Of a stretch of DNA of 64,000 nucleotides, positions 39,107 to 52,730 are shown piece by piece. Every line of letters begins with the position of its first letter. Position 1 is the stretch's first letter. Source of the stretch: Hemiscyllium ocellatum (taxonomy: Eukaryota); contig NC_083405.1 of assembly GCF_020745735.1 (NCBI RefSeq), forward strand, positions 72,258,345 through 72,322,344. The letters run 5' to 3'. The notes under the pieces were generated by a model that saw only the letters and a list, made by a program, of their open reading frames with translations, was not told the DNA's origin and ran no database searches. A program made the position numbers and the translations under genes.

Positions 39107-39390
39107 GTATCATCAACAAATTTTGCTATAATATACTTGGGTCCCTTCATCTAAAACATTAATATAGTGGCATTGAGACTGATCCCACTAGTGACAGTTT
39201 CACAATATTTATCCCAATCCCTATTCATGCTAATTGGCCAATTCTCCATTCGTGCTATTATATTACCCTTAGTGGCATAAGCTCTTATTTTTTGCAGTCA
39301 CGTTTAATGGTGATATGTTACTGAATGCCGTTTGAAAATCTAAGTTGACCATGTCCAATGGTTCACCTTTATTCAACCTGCTCATTGTAT

Positions 39391-39620
39391 CATAGAGTCA
39401 TAGAGATGTACAGCATGGAAACAGACCCTTCGGTCCAACCCATCCATGCTGACCAGATATCCCAACAAAATCTAGTCCCACCTGCCAGCACCTGGGCCAT
39501 ATCCCTCCAAACCCTTCCTATTCATATACCCATCCAAATGCCTCTTAAGTGTTGTAATTCTACTAGCCTCCACCACATCCTCTGGCAGCTCATCCCATAC
39601 ATATGCCACCCTCTGTGTGA
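39391..39620 (-). mobile_element. Young CR1 3' end nested in older CR1
   Basis: catagagtcatagag tail; closely similar to 11303-11531. Confidence 0.88.
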
Positions 39621-39944
39621 AATAAACTCTAATATTTCCATAAAATGCTCTTGACTTTTTTTGATTTCATTATAGTTTTCTAAATGTCTTGTTGTTGGTT
39701 TCTTAATAAAAGATGCCAGCATTTTTCGAATAACAAATCAGTTTCCTGATTTTTGTCCCTTTTCTTTCAGGAGTAGGAATGTTATATTTTGGGTTTTCCA
39801 ATCCTCTGGGATCTTTGCAGGACCCAGGGAAGTTTTGGAGATCATAACCACTGCATCCATAAACTCTACGGCTATTTCTTTTAAGACCCAATGATGCAAT
39901 TTATGAGGAGCAGTCTTTGTTGGTAAGGCTTTCAATTATTACCC

Positions 39945-41010
39945 ATCTGTAGTTATCCATGCGGAGGTAGTGGTGAGTCATTCTTTGAACCACTCCAGTC
40001 CACATGATGTAGAACTGTACGGCTTGTTAAACCATTTTTGAGGGCAGTTAAGAGTCAACAGTGTTGCTGTGGGATGAAATAACATAAGAATCAAACCAGG
40101 TAAGGATTGCAGATGGTTTTCCTCAAAAAATTAATTAATGAACCACATGGAATATAATTAAAATCTTTTAGCTTCATAGTCACCATTACTGATGCTACCT
40201 ATTTATTACAGATTTATTTATTCATGCTGCAGCTGCATTTGAAGATTCTGTATGACCATGCTAGAGTGGAGATGCTTAGAGTATAACCCTATCAATCATG
40301 TTTGGAAATTGTACTGCTGTCCAAAACCAGGATTGATTTTATGAACACAGTTCTGTAATAAATATTCTCTACTGACTGTATTTTTGAGAAAAATAACAAT
40401 TTGTATTTTGTAACAATCTTTCACTCATTTTGCAGAACAAACTATCAATTTGTATAATGTTACTACCTACGATTTACAGCAATATGTTGGAAAAAAACTT
40501 TGATGTACTTGGGACATGCTATTTCTTTTAGTTGCAATCACAATTTCAGAGATTGTGTAAATTAAATGACAAGTGCTTCCCAGATTAGCAGGTACTTGGA
40601 AATAACAACATTTGCAAGTTCTATTCCAAGCCATTCAACATTCTGATTTAGAATTTTTTATTATTTCTTCACAGGATGTGGGCCTCACTGACTAGGCCAG
40701 TATTTCTAGCCTAATTACCTAAAAAGCAGGTAAGAGTCAAATATATTACTGTGGGCATGGAGTCACATGTATACCAGAGCAGGTAAGGATGGTAGATTTC
40801 TTCCCTAAAGGACATTAGTGAACCAAGATCTGTTTTCATGTTGCATAACTATGAATGCTTTCTCTCGATAATCAACAACAATTTTATGGTCATTATTCAA
40901 CTCGTAATTCCAGATTTTTATTGCATTTAAATTCCATTTAAACCTGGGTCTCTAGAGCACCACCAAGTATCTAGATTAATATTCTAGTGATAATACCACT
41001 AGGCCATCAG
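39945..41010 (-). mobile_element. Two SacSINE1/DeuSINE-like copies (~39945-40220 and ~40660-41010)
   Basis: gagggcagttaagagtcaac, ggtaagga...agatttcttccctaaaggacattagtgaacca, and an antisense tRNA-like head at ~40940-41005. Confidence 0.7.
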
Positions 41011-41179
41011 CTTCTAATATATAATCAGATATCTCCCCATATATCACCGTTCCTTCATTGTCAATGGATCAAAATCCTGGTACATCAAATGGACTGTAGT
41101 GTTTCAAGAAAGGAACTCACCAACACCTTCTCAAAGTTGGGAAATAAATGTTGATGGCGATATGATTTTTAAGAGGAAT

Positions 41180-42110
41180 AGGAAACTGGGTAGGTGTTTG
41201 AGTGGATGAATCACAAAACTTTAATATGTAGGTAGAGCACATAATCAAGAAAGCTAATGCATTGGTATCCTTTATTACAAGAGAAATTGAACGTAATAGT
41301 AAGGCTATTAAACTTCAGTAATAGAGGGCATTGGTGAGGCCATGTCTCAAATAGTGTGCCATTTTCATCTGTTAATAATAAATAACAATAACAGTCAACT
41401 ACAAGGAGGCATCATTTTAAGGTGAAAGGCAGGATATTTAGTGGACATTTGAATAAGTTATTTTTCATATAGAGAGTGGCGGGCATCTGGAATGCATGGC
41501 CGAGGAGGGTAGTCGAGGCCGGAAACCTCTCAAACTTTAAAAGGTACTTGGTTGAGCACTTACAATATCATTCTATTTAAGGCTATGGACTAAGTGCTGG
41601 AAAGTGAAACTGGTATAGCTTTACAGTGGGTTTGTCAGTGCAAGCTCAATGGACTGAATGGCATCTTTTGCATTGTGTGATTCTATGATTCTACCAGATT
41701 GATCATTGGAATGAATGGGTAGTCCTTTGAGGATGAGTTAGACAGACTGGGCTGTTTACATCTGAGTTTGGTGTGACTTGATTAAACTGCATAAGATCCT
41801 GCAAGGTCTTTGCAAGATGGATGTGGATAGAATGTTTTCTCTTGTGAATCCAGAATTAGGGGGCACTGCTTTAAAAATGGGGATCATTTTTTAACTCAGT
41901 TTTGTGACTTTGAAGTTGGTCAAGGCAAGGTCATTGAATTTCTTTTAAGCTGAAAAAGCAAGATTCCCTTGCCTAAACAGACTCTAAGTTTATTGAGATT
42001 GATGGGAATGTGAAATACAAAACATAAAAAGATTGGCCATGATCTTAATAAATATCAAAGTAGGCTTGAGAGAATGAATGGCTTGTTTCTGCTCCTACTC
42101 ATAAGTTCAC
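41180..42110 (+). mobile_element. Nested decayed CR1 3' fragments
   Basis: RALVRP.L, gattctatgattcta tail at ~41680, second ORF2 end to ~42100. Confidence 0.75.
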
Positions 42111-45100
42111 ATTATTGTAACATTGAAATCAAACGATATGCACAATGAAGATTTTTTGACTCATTATGGGGCTGTCAGTTAATTAATTAGTTTAGGTGTT
42201 TAATTATTTCTCAAAAAGGTTAAGAAGGGTTCTTAACTTGTGAAATCAAACTGTTGCTGAATTTAAGAATCCAATTAATTACAAAGCATAGCAAATCCAG
42301 CTGTAAATTAGTCCAAATTTCTGCTTGATCTGACTAGGTTCTACTTTAGAAGAAATGAAATATGGTGCATTGTTCATTTATTAAACAGAAAACAACACAA
42401 TTTACATGCAACAACTTTACGTCATTAGGAGCGCCCTGAAAGGAATTCATTTCACCCAACTCAACGATACTTTCACGCAAATTATGGAAGAACATTGAAA
42501 TATTTGCTCTTGTATTTGAAATGGAAAACTTAACCAATCACAATCAACCCATAATGTAGTGTGGTCCTACTCACATGAGTATTGTTGCCAATTGCTGACC
42601 AAGTTTGATGACAGTGCGGTAATGTAAATGAGGAAATCATTTAAAGGGTCACAGATGCCTCAACACTACTGGTGGGAACATAAGTACTGTTTCTGGCAGC
42701 AATGATGGGAGGTCACAGGCCAACTGAAGACTTCTGTCACCTGTTTAGTCAAGATTGCTTCTTTTATTTTTTTATTATCCATTACAATGCATAGATACCA
42801 TTATTTGTGCTTAGTATTTGTAGCATAGATGTGTCCTGTCTTGCATAATTGCCACAAATCTACAATGCAATGTAAAGTGGTATTAGCCATAAAGCTACAA
42901 TTTGTTATGGGTTGTCAAATCACATGCACATTGCATTACTTATATGTCTGAAAGAACTTTTGTTTGGTTATTTGCAAAATTCTGGAAATCCCCAGCTGAG
43001 CAGCAGGACAATCAATGAGAAGATGACATTACCAAATGATTAAAAAGTGCTGCAATTAGAAATCAGCTAAGTATCTGAAATGTCACAGTGATTGAGATCT
43101 CTTGGTCAGTGGGATGGCGTTTTAACAAAAAAAAACAGTTTTGTTCATGGTGAGCATTACTAGGGCTAACCATCATAAGGAGCTAAGCTTTGTCAGAACA
43201 TGCTTTGTGTTGATGGTCCCCTTGTCCATGGGTGCACTGATATTCCATTTGATTTGTAGCCTCGACGGGTTGAATTGGTACTCCTGTTCCAACGTTCCTA
43301 ATTCATTTTAAATAGTTACGCCTGACTAAGAAGTTTGCAGATGATGCCAAAAGTGCTTGTGTGTTTGGTAGAGACGAAACAAGGTGGAACTAAATGATCA
43401 ATAGACTGCAGGGACAGGTTGACAGCCAATAGGTGGTCATCTCAAGAAGTGTGAGCTTGCCAAGCTTAGGCTTCTCTAGGAACATGGGCTCCAAGAGGTG
43501 GAAGTCCCACTCATTGAGAGTTACAACATCAACTGAGGCCTAGAATCATGGTTCGAACCAGACTATAGATAAATGAAGGGCTTGCATGCTGGGGCCACAG
43601 TGGAGGAGTGGGTAGGGGCATCAGCAGCAAAATAAATGTGTGGCTGTTAAAACGCCCCTGTCCTTCTCAATGCTGGTTCCCCTTGATAAAGCACAAAACT
43701 ATCTTTGAAATATGGAAGCCATAATTCTCCTCCACCTTTGACTGACTTACCATGCTCCCCACATTGTTACCAAAACATTTGCTGCTGGGTTAATACTATC
43801 AGGGCCAGGCACAAGATGAACATCAATTGGCAGCTGTACAGGAAGGCCATCCATGAGCCTTCCTGTCACATTTGCAATCAAGGTGAAAGCAATAAGATGG
43901 CGTGTTAAACAACCATCACCCTCCCATTACCAAACGCGGGGAAGTGGTTTAATTTGTGCTCTGGGTATATGTTTGATACGAAGCAAATTTCTTTTGTTCT
44001 AATGTGGCAGATATACATTAGCATGGTAAAGTATGAGATAATGCAGAATTGGAAGAAAATAATGCAAAAACCTCATTGAATAATGGAGGTTGGGAACGAA
44101 TAAAGAGATCTAGATGTTCAAGTCCATGAATACTTGAAAGTGTGTGCTAATACATTGAGCATTTCATCAATGCTAAAAGCATTTTGTTGATAACATACAG
44201 CTTTAATATGAGCAGAAAATTGATGATATCAGAAATGTTACTTAATATATATACACAAGTTGAATTTCCTTTGCATCAAAATTAAAGTAGGATTCAATAC
44301 AATTTCCACATTCATAGCTTTTCTGTTCGCTAAATATGATCAATGATCAACTCAGAATCCTTTTCAAATAATTTTACATCCAACTCAGTATTATTGACTT
44401 GTATCCAAATGCAATTTCTCTGAAATGTATTCTGTTGTCTGAATTCAAATTTCCTTCAGTCATAGTCATCAACTCTGCATTTTGCTGCAGCAAGTATAAA
44501 AGAATTTTTTTTCAAATGTCTGCCAGATTTATCAATCTTTAACATCAATGGTTAGTTATAAAAATTATAAGTAATATATTGCTTCAAATATTATGAACGT
44601 AAATGTTAGCAGTGCCCGATTATACCAGTAACAATTAAACCTCAGTATAATTTTGTATCAACAATAATAGAATGCAACTCTATCTTTCTAATAATTAGCT
44701 TGTGTTATAAACTACATAATTTTGCAAATAAATTACTGTAGTAAATACAATTTATTTTTCTGTAACTCCTCCCAGCTTGTCTTCTTTGCTTTACTTCTAT
44801 CTAGCTCTCTCTTTTAATCCTTTTCTCACAGTTCCTTTTGCTGGACAGTTATCATATACTTTATCTTTAGACATATTTGAATTTACAAGTGTCAGGGCCA
44901 GATTTTTACAGTTCCAATTTTCAGGCTCTTGGGTGAAATGGATCAACTGGCTCCCCTTTCTTTATACATCTTGCCTTTCAGTCGGTGGAAATAATGTTTA
45001 CTTACAAAGTATTCCATTTTTGTGGGTCCACTTATTCCAGAATGTGTTTTAAAAGGAATCAATTTATCCAGCTTTGTTTGAGTTGACAAAGGACTGAGTT

Positions 45101-47282
45101 CATTAGTTAATACACATGAGAAGAAATAAATATGCAACATAAATGAGCAGTGAATCCAAAACGTGATAAAAGTTAAAAGATAAACAGATCAATCTTTATG
45201 GATCATGTATAATGAAGAGATAGTGAAAAGTTGATAGCTGAATAGTTGATTTCAGGGTTCTTAGCTTTTAAGCTTCATTGAAATTCATTTGTCCTGTTTC
45301 CTTTTGATGGTATTGGTTGGTAGCACTCAAAGCAAAAGAAACATCCTTTTGTCCCGTGTCCTTTGGATTGACTTGGATTAGTAAGAGGCAGTCATTTCCC
45401 TGAAATGCAGGGGGTCTAGTAAAATGGCTTTTTGACTACAACAGTCACAGCACATTAGTGGTCAAACCCAGGCTAGTACACACAAGTATCTCAGCTCATT
45501 AGCACACATTTTTTCATCGTTCACAAAACAGAGTTGAATTGGCTTTTAACCCCTGTTCCTTTGTATTTTTCAAAGGGGATGATGCAAAACATGTTTCTTG
45601 ACAAGATTGTTGTTTTATCTCCCATCAAATTCACAGTTTGAGATAATTCCCAAGAGATCACAGTTCACATTGCACATGCAAGTCTATCCCTTTGAAATTT
45701 CCTTTGTACCTCATCAGGCTTGACATTCCAAGCAATCACTCCTCTCCAGAAAGTGACTGAATTTATATTTGCAGTTGTCATTATGCTATATATCGATCAG
45801 TGATCTGAGGTTATGATCTGTGGTCATGACACACTGCACTTGTTGATAAGAACAACATTCGTATGATCAATCACCAGCGCAATCCTAAAACACATTTGAA
45901 AGTTCCTACCTGTTGGCATCCAGGCTCCCTAAAACTAATCGTGTGGAAGTTTGAATAAACATGATTTCCATCTTTTAAGATTTCTCAATAGGTTATTTTG
46001 GAGATTTGCAAACATTACAATGAATTTCAACAACTGTTACTTGTCCTAACAAAACAAAAAAAAAATGCTCTGGAAGACACAAAGTATGCAAAATTACCAT
46101 TCAATTTTATTCATCACAATTTCAATTTGGCTTCTTGTTGCCAAAGGAGTTGCAGATTCACTGTTAAATAAACAGTAAAACAGGTAGCATCTCAACTGCT
46201 TGCCATTGGATTGTACTGCACATGCTCTTAACTTTAGTCTAACAGAGGTCCAATATGATTGCAGTTATTGTCTATGTGCCTCCCACCATTTTTACCGTGG
46301 TGATTTGTGTGGTGTGCTTATACCTGTCCTTGAGGGGTGGCACACATGTTTATAATTATTTTAATCAGGTTTCTACAGTATAGTAATAGAGCCAAACTTA
46401 AATTTAATTGTTACCCATTAGATTTCTAAGGGCTCAAGAAACCTTGAAATAAGTAGAGAGTAGCAGAAGTCAATTATTTTTTCAGAGCATTGCCTGTGTG
46501 CTCTTAGCTAGTGCACTAAGCAAGCCTCATGCTGACTGTGGACTGTTCTCACTGTTGCCATCTGTCAAACTCAACAGATCCCAAGATCCCAAACCTTCTG
46601 CTCTATAATCTATAGACTTTACCTCCTTCCTCACTTAAACCTGTGAACTTACTCAATTGTGAAGTCTATCCATAACAGCAAACATCAATATCCTTGGGAC
46701 ATCTGGATTTCCCCAGTGCTGCCTTCTTCCCCCAACAAATAAAGAGATTGTCATCTAATTTGACATTCCAGGATAGAAGCAGTTCTAGTACTGTCTACAA
46801 ATGAAGCTTTTGGAGTTAGGTAATGATAGGACCTGAGAAATATGAAAAAAAATGTCTATTTTGTTCAGGCTAATGGTGTCTCTTGTAGACAACATCAATA
46901 TATGTAAGTTTAATAAGAAATAGATCCTGCCTCAGTGTATACCTCTATGTTGGCTTTTGAAAAATATAAATATATCTCATGATTTTATTGCTATGAACAT
47001 AATAATTATAACATTGATCAATTTAATTTTGTAAGCCAGTTAATGACTTTTGAGAATTTACCGTTGTCTTCTGATTTCAAGTGGGCTAATTTTACAAATG
47101 TAGTTAAAAAGGTTTGAAAACATTAGTTGGGCAACACTATGGGTCAGGGCTATTGATGGTCAAAAGAAATTAGTACATCATTTTAAAACAAAAAGAAGCC
47201 AAGTGTTTGAAAATCACATTCACCATAACAACAGTTAGATATATACAAAAGCAAATTAAACTTACCAAGAACACATCGAAAG

Positions 47283-47608
47283 ATAGAATCCCTACAGTGT
47301 AGATACAGGCCCTTCAGCCCATACAGACTCTCTAAAGAGCATCCCACCTAGACCCAGCACTCCACCTTATCCCCAGTAACCCTGCATTCCCATGACTAAT
47401 CCACATAGCCTGTATCTTTCTGAACACTAGAGACAATTTAGCATGGGCAATCTTCCGACTATGAGTGGAAACCAGAGCACCCAGCAGAAATCCACACAGT
47501 CACAGAGAGAACGTGCACACACCACAGACAAGTCACCCATGGCTGGAATTGAACCCGGGTCCCTGGTGGTGTGAGGTAACACAGCTAACCACTGAGCTAC
47601 CATGCCAC
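47283..47608 (-). mobile_element. HE1-type (V-domain) elasmobranch SINE
   Basis: Antisense head ggtggcatggtagctcagtggttagc...gacccgggttcaattcc (A and B boxes), V-domain gtgtggatttctgctgggtgctctggtttcc, CR1-derived tail cactgtagggattctat. Confidence 0.85.
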
Positions 47609-47869
47609 CTTAATGACTTTGGAATACGGTAGAATATATATAAGCCACAGGAGAATTGAGTCTAGTATAATGGGTTATTAAGATAAATTAAAACAGTCAT
47701 CAAAGCAGCTTAGCGGCCAATGAAGAATAAGATAAGAGACATTTGTTGTGGCACTGGCGAAAGTGTTTTAGAAGTCCAAGCACTAATAAAGATTATATAA
47801 AACTATGAAGTATGCCTAAAGATAGATCAAAATTGACTACTACAGTTAGAAAAGTAAAGTAGCCATTTT

Positions 47870-48080
47870 CCTATCAGACTATAGGGCTGCCCTCCCAATA
47901 GAGAGAGAGAGAGAGACAACTGGCAGTGGTTTACCCTAAGGATCATCATGCCTCAGGCAAGGGGAAAGGTTCAGAAGGAGCTTCCTTCATGGTAACCTCA
48001 GGCAGTGCAGGAAATGAAGCCGAACTGCTGGCAGAACACTGCATTACAAACCAGCTGCCCAGCCAGGTGAGCTAATCAAA
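47870..48080 (-). mobile_element. tRNA-derived SINE
   Basis: Antisense head gattagctcacctggctgggcagctggtttgtaatgcag; body gaggttaccatgaagg. Confidence 0.6.
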
Positions 48081-48349
48081 CCCTGCTCTGAAAGTGAGGC
48101 AACAATGTGAAGTGATTATTCTGGATCAGTCGTTATTCCTGTAGACAATGTTCAACTGCCCAAAAATGAATTGCACAGTAGACAAGAAAATAGTATTTTT
48201 AAATTAGCTGAGAATATAGTTTAAAATAGAATAAGGAACCTTGCAATAGATTGTGCGCCATATCTAGAAGACCTGAGGGTGATTAAAAAGGTCGGACCTG
48301 TGCTTTCTGTTCCCTTGCCCTGTCCTTTAATAGCTCATTAGTATCTGGC

Positions 48350-48850
48350 ATTGTTTCCTTGGATTGTAAGGAGAATGTCATGTAGTTCATATTTTCAAAA
48401 AAGATGACAAGTGAGATCCAGCTAATTATAAACCCATTAGGCTAATATCAGTTACAGGTAAAATGCCTGAAGAGACAAGAGATGTTTTTTTATGAGAGAG
48501 AAGGAAGCAGTAAAGATATTCATTATGAGTTCTGGAAAAGAAAGTCATGTCCTACTAATTTGATTTTTTTTTGAGAAAGGTTAATGGATGAAAGTATCCC
48601 AGGAGATATTGTCTACAATGATTTTCAGAAAGCCTTTAAAAATGAACTCACAATAGATTACATTATGAACCAGAATCATGTTGTATCAGTAGAACTTTGC
48701 TGCCATGAATTAAGAATTGGCTCCATTACTGCGTCCAGCAAGTTAATTAACCTCTGACTAGATCTGCCCGCAGGCCAGTTACTATAAATGTCCTACAGGA
48801 AGTGGATTAGGGTAATTGTATTTTTAGAAGTGACTTAGACATGGATGATG
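48350..48850 (+). mobile_element. Old CR1 RT fragment
   Basis: DPANYKPI.L, KSCPTNL and DFQKAF segments. Confidence 0.7.
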
Positions 48851-49580
48851 TGCAATTACTTGTTCTCTTAGTGTTATGATTATTCAAGGGAATAAATTTT
48901 TATAAGCAAATGTAGATATGCTGGAGGAATTGGCATTTCTTTGATATATAATGTATGATTTTGCTAATACAGTTTGGGTGAGAAGGAGCTCTCGGGGTCC
49001 GAAGGTAGAGTCTAAGCTGAAATATCAATTCATGATAGCTGCCATTTTGATAAAGGAATTCAAACTTGCAGTCGGACCAGCTGCCCATTTAATCATTAAG
49101 TAGCTAAGTTTCACTCAAATTGTATGATTGTGGTCAGTAAAGAGGCTGCACTGCTGCCTAACACTTGACCTAGTTTCTTGCCTAATACTGACCAGTTAGT
49201 TGGGAGTAAAACTGGGCACCCAGCAGGATTTTGAGTGTTAATTGAAGGTATTTCACTGTTATCTGTTCAAACGCTGCTGGACATTTGAAGAGATCTTTTA
49301 ACACAGACCAGGAGACTTCCTGGAACATTTTATTGAGCTTTTATGAGCACTTTGTCAGCATTCTGGAAGTTATCTGAGACTTCACCTAAAAATAAAGAAT
49401 GGTGGGCCACCTTCCTGGACTCCTGAGAACTAACAGTGTGCTTCATCATTTGCATCTGTTTGGAAAGGTGTCTGAGTCGAAAGGAGGATATGGGACCAGA
49501 CAAAACAGCATCAGAAAGGAATGACAGGATGGTGAGGCAGACACCATCTCAGTGCACGTAAGGGGCACTCCTCTCCTCTG

Positions 49581-49690
49581 GAGGGCTCTTGCCCAGAAAG
49601 TTGATTCTCCTGCTCCCTGGATACTGCCTGACCTGCCGTACTTTTTCAGCATCTCGACTCGGATCTCCAGCATTTGCAGTCCTCACTTTG
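49581..49690 (+). mobile_element. PLE family A pLTR plus tail fragment
   Basis: gagggctcttgcccagaaagttgattctcc...gcagtcctcacttt. Confidence 0.8.
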
Positions 49691-49984
49691 CTCCACTTCC
49701 ACCAGGCTGCTCAGTACTGCAACTGAGAGCCCATAAGCCAATCCAAACCCTGCTAGTGTGTAGCAACAGACACATTGAATACCTTCAGTGGCCATAAGTG
49801 CATGGAGACCATATGTACTACTTAGGAAAATCCTGCTTTGCTAAACGAGTAGGTGTTTGGCTTAGCATGTTCGCGCAATATCAATTTATGGTGACCGGCA
49901 ATTAGACTCAAAATTGGATGTTAAAATCAATTTTAAACAGGCGTGTCTTATGAGTGCAAAATCCATTTAGCATGCAAAATAAAA

Positions 49985-50107
49985 GTATTTCTGATGCTGG
50001 AAATCTGAACTACAAACAGAAAGTGCTGGAGAAACTTAACAGTTCTGGCAGCATCTGTGTTGAGTGAAACATGGTTAATATTTCAAATTGAAAATCACTC
50101 TTCAGAG
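49985..50107 (-). mobile_element. Old PLE-type 3' end with eroded hammerhead core
   Basis: Reverse complement ctgaaga...gaaatatt...cacagatgctgccaga...tttccagcatc. Confidence 0.55.
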
Positions 50108-50410
50108 ACCATTTATCATTTGTTCTACTGCTTGACTAAATGTTTTCTCCTTAATATTTGACCTTGATAAGTTCACGGTTATGTATTTGGGTCCCAAGAA
50201 TGCATATATATTCCATAGAACAGAATTGAAATCAATGAAAAAATTCTGGTATCTTAGTTCCGTGAAATGTTGTATTTTGAGATATTGGGGTCAAAAACAG
50301 AACCATGGTTTTATGAATGAATGAATGAATCTGTGTTTTAGTAAATAATGGGTTAGTAAAAGGTCATAATGAATGAACAGGAACCTGGTATTAATGTATA
50401 TATCAAGCCC

Positions 50411-50557
50411 TCCAAGGAGCAGGAGAGTTGACATTTCAGGCATAAGCCCTTCATCGTTGACTCTCCTGCTCCTCGGATGCTGCCTGACCTGTTGTGCTTT
50501 TCCAGCGCCACACTTTTCGACTCTGATCTCCAGCATCTGCAGTCCTCACTTTCTCCG
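50411..50557. mobile_element. Asymmetric fold-back PLE family A
   Basis: Antisense arm to cccttcatc (50455), then sense gttgactctcctgctcc...cactttctcc. Confidence 0.8.
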
Positions 50558-52730
50558 AGTTGTTGAGAGATATTGTGTTATAGATTGTCTTTATAACTGA
50601 CTCATCAGCTTGCTATATTCATTAACACCGGGTTCCTGTTCATTCATTCATAACCTTTTACTCACTCGTTATTTACTATAACATGGATTCATTCTTCCAT
50701 AAGACCGTGATTCTGTACTATATTTTACTGTCATAAGATAGACCAAGTTTTTGAACAACTGTTCCTAATCAAAACAACCCTTTCAAACCCATGACTGCAT
50801 TTTCACACCTTATCAGCCCTTCCTACAAGCAGTGTTTACCTCTGAATAAGTGCAGCATACAGAACAATACCATCCCCATCAATTCTCCATGAAACATTAT
50901 AACATTAATCAGCCCTTACCAACCATCTCCTGGACCTGAATAGATTCCCCAGTTAGTATGCACCCTATTAAATACCTTTTAACTGAGCTATTATCCCTTT
51001 AAGAAACCAACTGACAGAACAGTGCTTCCATGAAATTGCATGAATGAATGAAACTCACACTGCCAAATAGGAAACAAATCTCACAACCCAGCTCCTATAA
51101 TCAGTTTAAAATCCTTTACTCTTTTATTAAGTATTGGTACAATTTACTAACTTAAACAACAAAAAGACTAACACCTCTTGATTATGCAAGCAGACCGGAC
51201 AGACACTCTTAATCACATCAGAAGTAGGAGCCAGTATTTAGCATGTTTGAACCCATCTCCTGTCTCCCAGGACCAAAGCCCTTCAAACCTTTGTGTATGA
51301 GAGATACAACAACGTAACACCACAGTAATGGAATTTTAATATATGGGAGAACTGTGTGTAAAGATTTCTTGTAAGAACAGTATTTTGGGATTCTATTGCG
51401 ACCTTGCATTTGTGGTGTCTTTGCTGAATAAAAGAGGCTATTTTCACCACTCACTAATTCTGGTTGTTATTTGAACACAATCCGACAGTTCCTAACATAC
51501 CAAAGCTTCATGATCACTGCCGAGTAGCTGTAGCTAAGCAAGGAGGGTTCTGCATTTTATGATCGGAACTATTCAGTGTAAAAGAAAGCACATTATTTTG
51601 TCCTTGTACTAGACCTTGGTGAGACCAGATTTAGAATAATGTGTCTTGTTGTCCCTTTCTTTTATGATTAATACTACAATGGCTATAGAAAACCTTTCAT
51701 AAGAAGTCTGCAAGGACAATTTCAGGTTTTAAAAACCTTGCTTATTCAGAGAAACCTAAAGTGCTTAGCAAAGTGGATTCTAAAATTGAAGGATTGTATT
51801 ACTATTTGTAAATTATTTTACTTTTATAAAATCATACAATAATGGAACAGAATAGGTACAGAACGCCAACTGGCCATTTGACCCATAGTGTCTGCGTTTG
51901 CTTGATGCATAAGCAACTCAGCTAGTCCCACATCGATTAAGGAACTTACACACACACACTCAAACACACACACGCTCAAACAAAGACACACACACACTCT
52001 CACACACACACTCACACACACTCACTTATACTCACACTTTCACACACACACACTCACTTATACTCACACTTTCACACACACACACTCACTGTCTCACACA
52101 TACACACTCTCACACACACTCTCACACACTCACATGCACTCTCACACACACATACCTAACACACACACACTCACGCTCTCACACACACTCTCACACACAC
52201 TTAACACACACACTCTCTCACACACACTTAACACACACACACTCTCACACACACTCATACACACATGCACACATTCTTACACTCACACACTCTTACACTC
52301 ACACACAGACTCAGTCTCTCACANNNNNNNNNNNNNNNNNNNNNNNNNNNNNNNNNNNNNNNNNNNNNNNNNNNNNNNNNNNNNNNNNNNNNNNNNNNNN
52401 NNNNNNNNNNNNNNNNNNNNNNNNNNNNNNNNNNNNNNNNNNNNNNNNNNNNNNNNNNNNNNNNNNNNNNNNNNNNNNNNNNNNNNNNNNNNNNNNNNNN
52501 NNNNNNNNNNNNNNNNNNNNNNNNNNNNNNNNNNNNNNNNANNNNNNNNNNNNNNNNNNNNNNNNNNNNNNNNNNNNNNNNNNNNNNNNNNNNNNNNNNN
52601 NNNNNNNNNNNNNNNNNNNNNNNNNNNNNNNNNNNNNNNNNNNNNNNNNNNNNNNNNNNNNNNNNNNNNNNNNNNNNNNNNNNNNNNNNNNNACTCTCAC
52701 ACATTCTCTCTCACACACACACTCACACAT

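Larger units (their letters stand above)
37360..39930 (-). mobile_element. Old CR1 with nested inserts
   Basis: CR1 tail near 37360; KIPEDWKT in ORF 39738..39935; FVDDT-type motif split at 38214/39107. Confidence 0.75.

Noticed and set aside
47540-47608. tRNA-like sequence with A and B boxes
   Set aside because: It is the head of the HE1-type SINE, not a tRNA gene.
49400-49500. Possible second Harbinger N-terminal remnant
   Set aside because: Similarity too short and degenerate to support.
52541-52541. Single called base inside an N run
   Set aside because: Assembly or gap-filling artefact.
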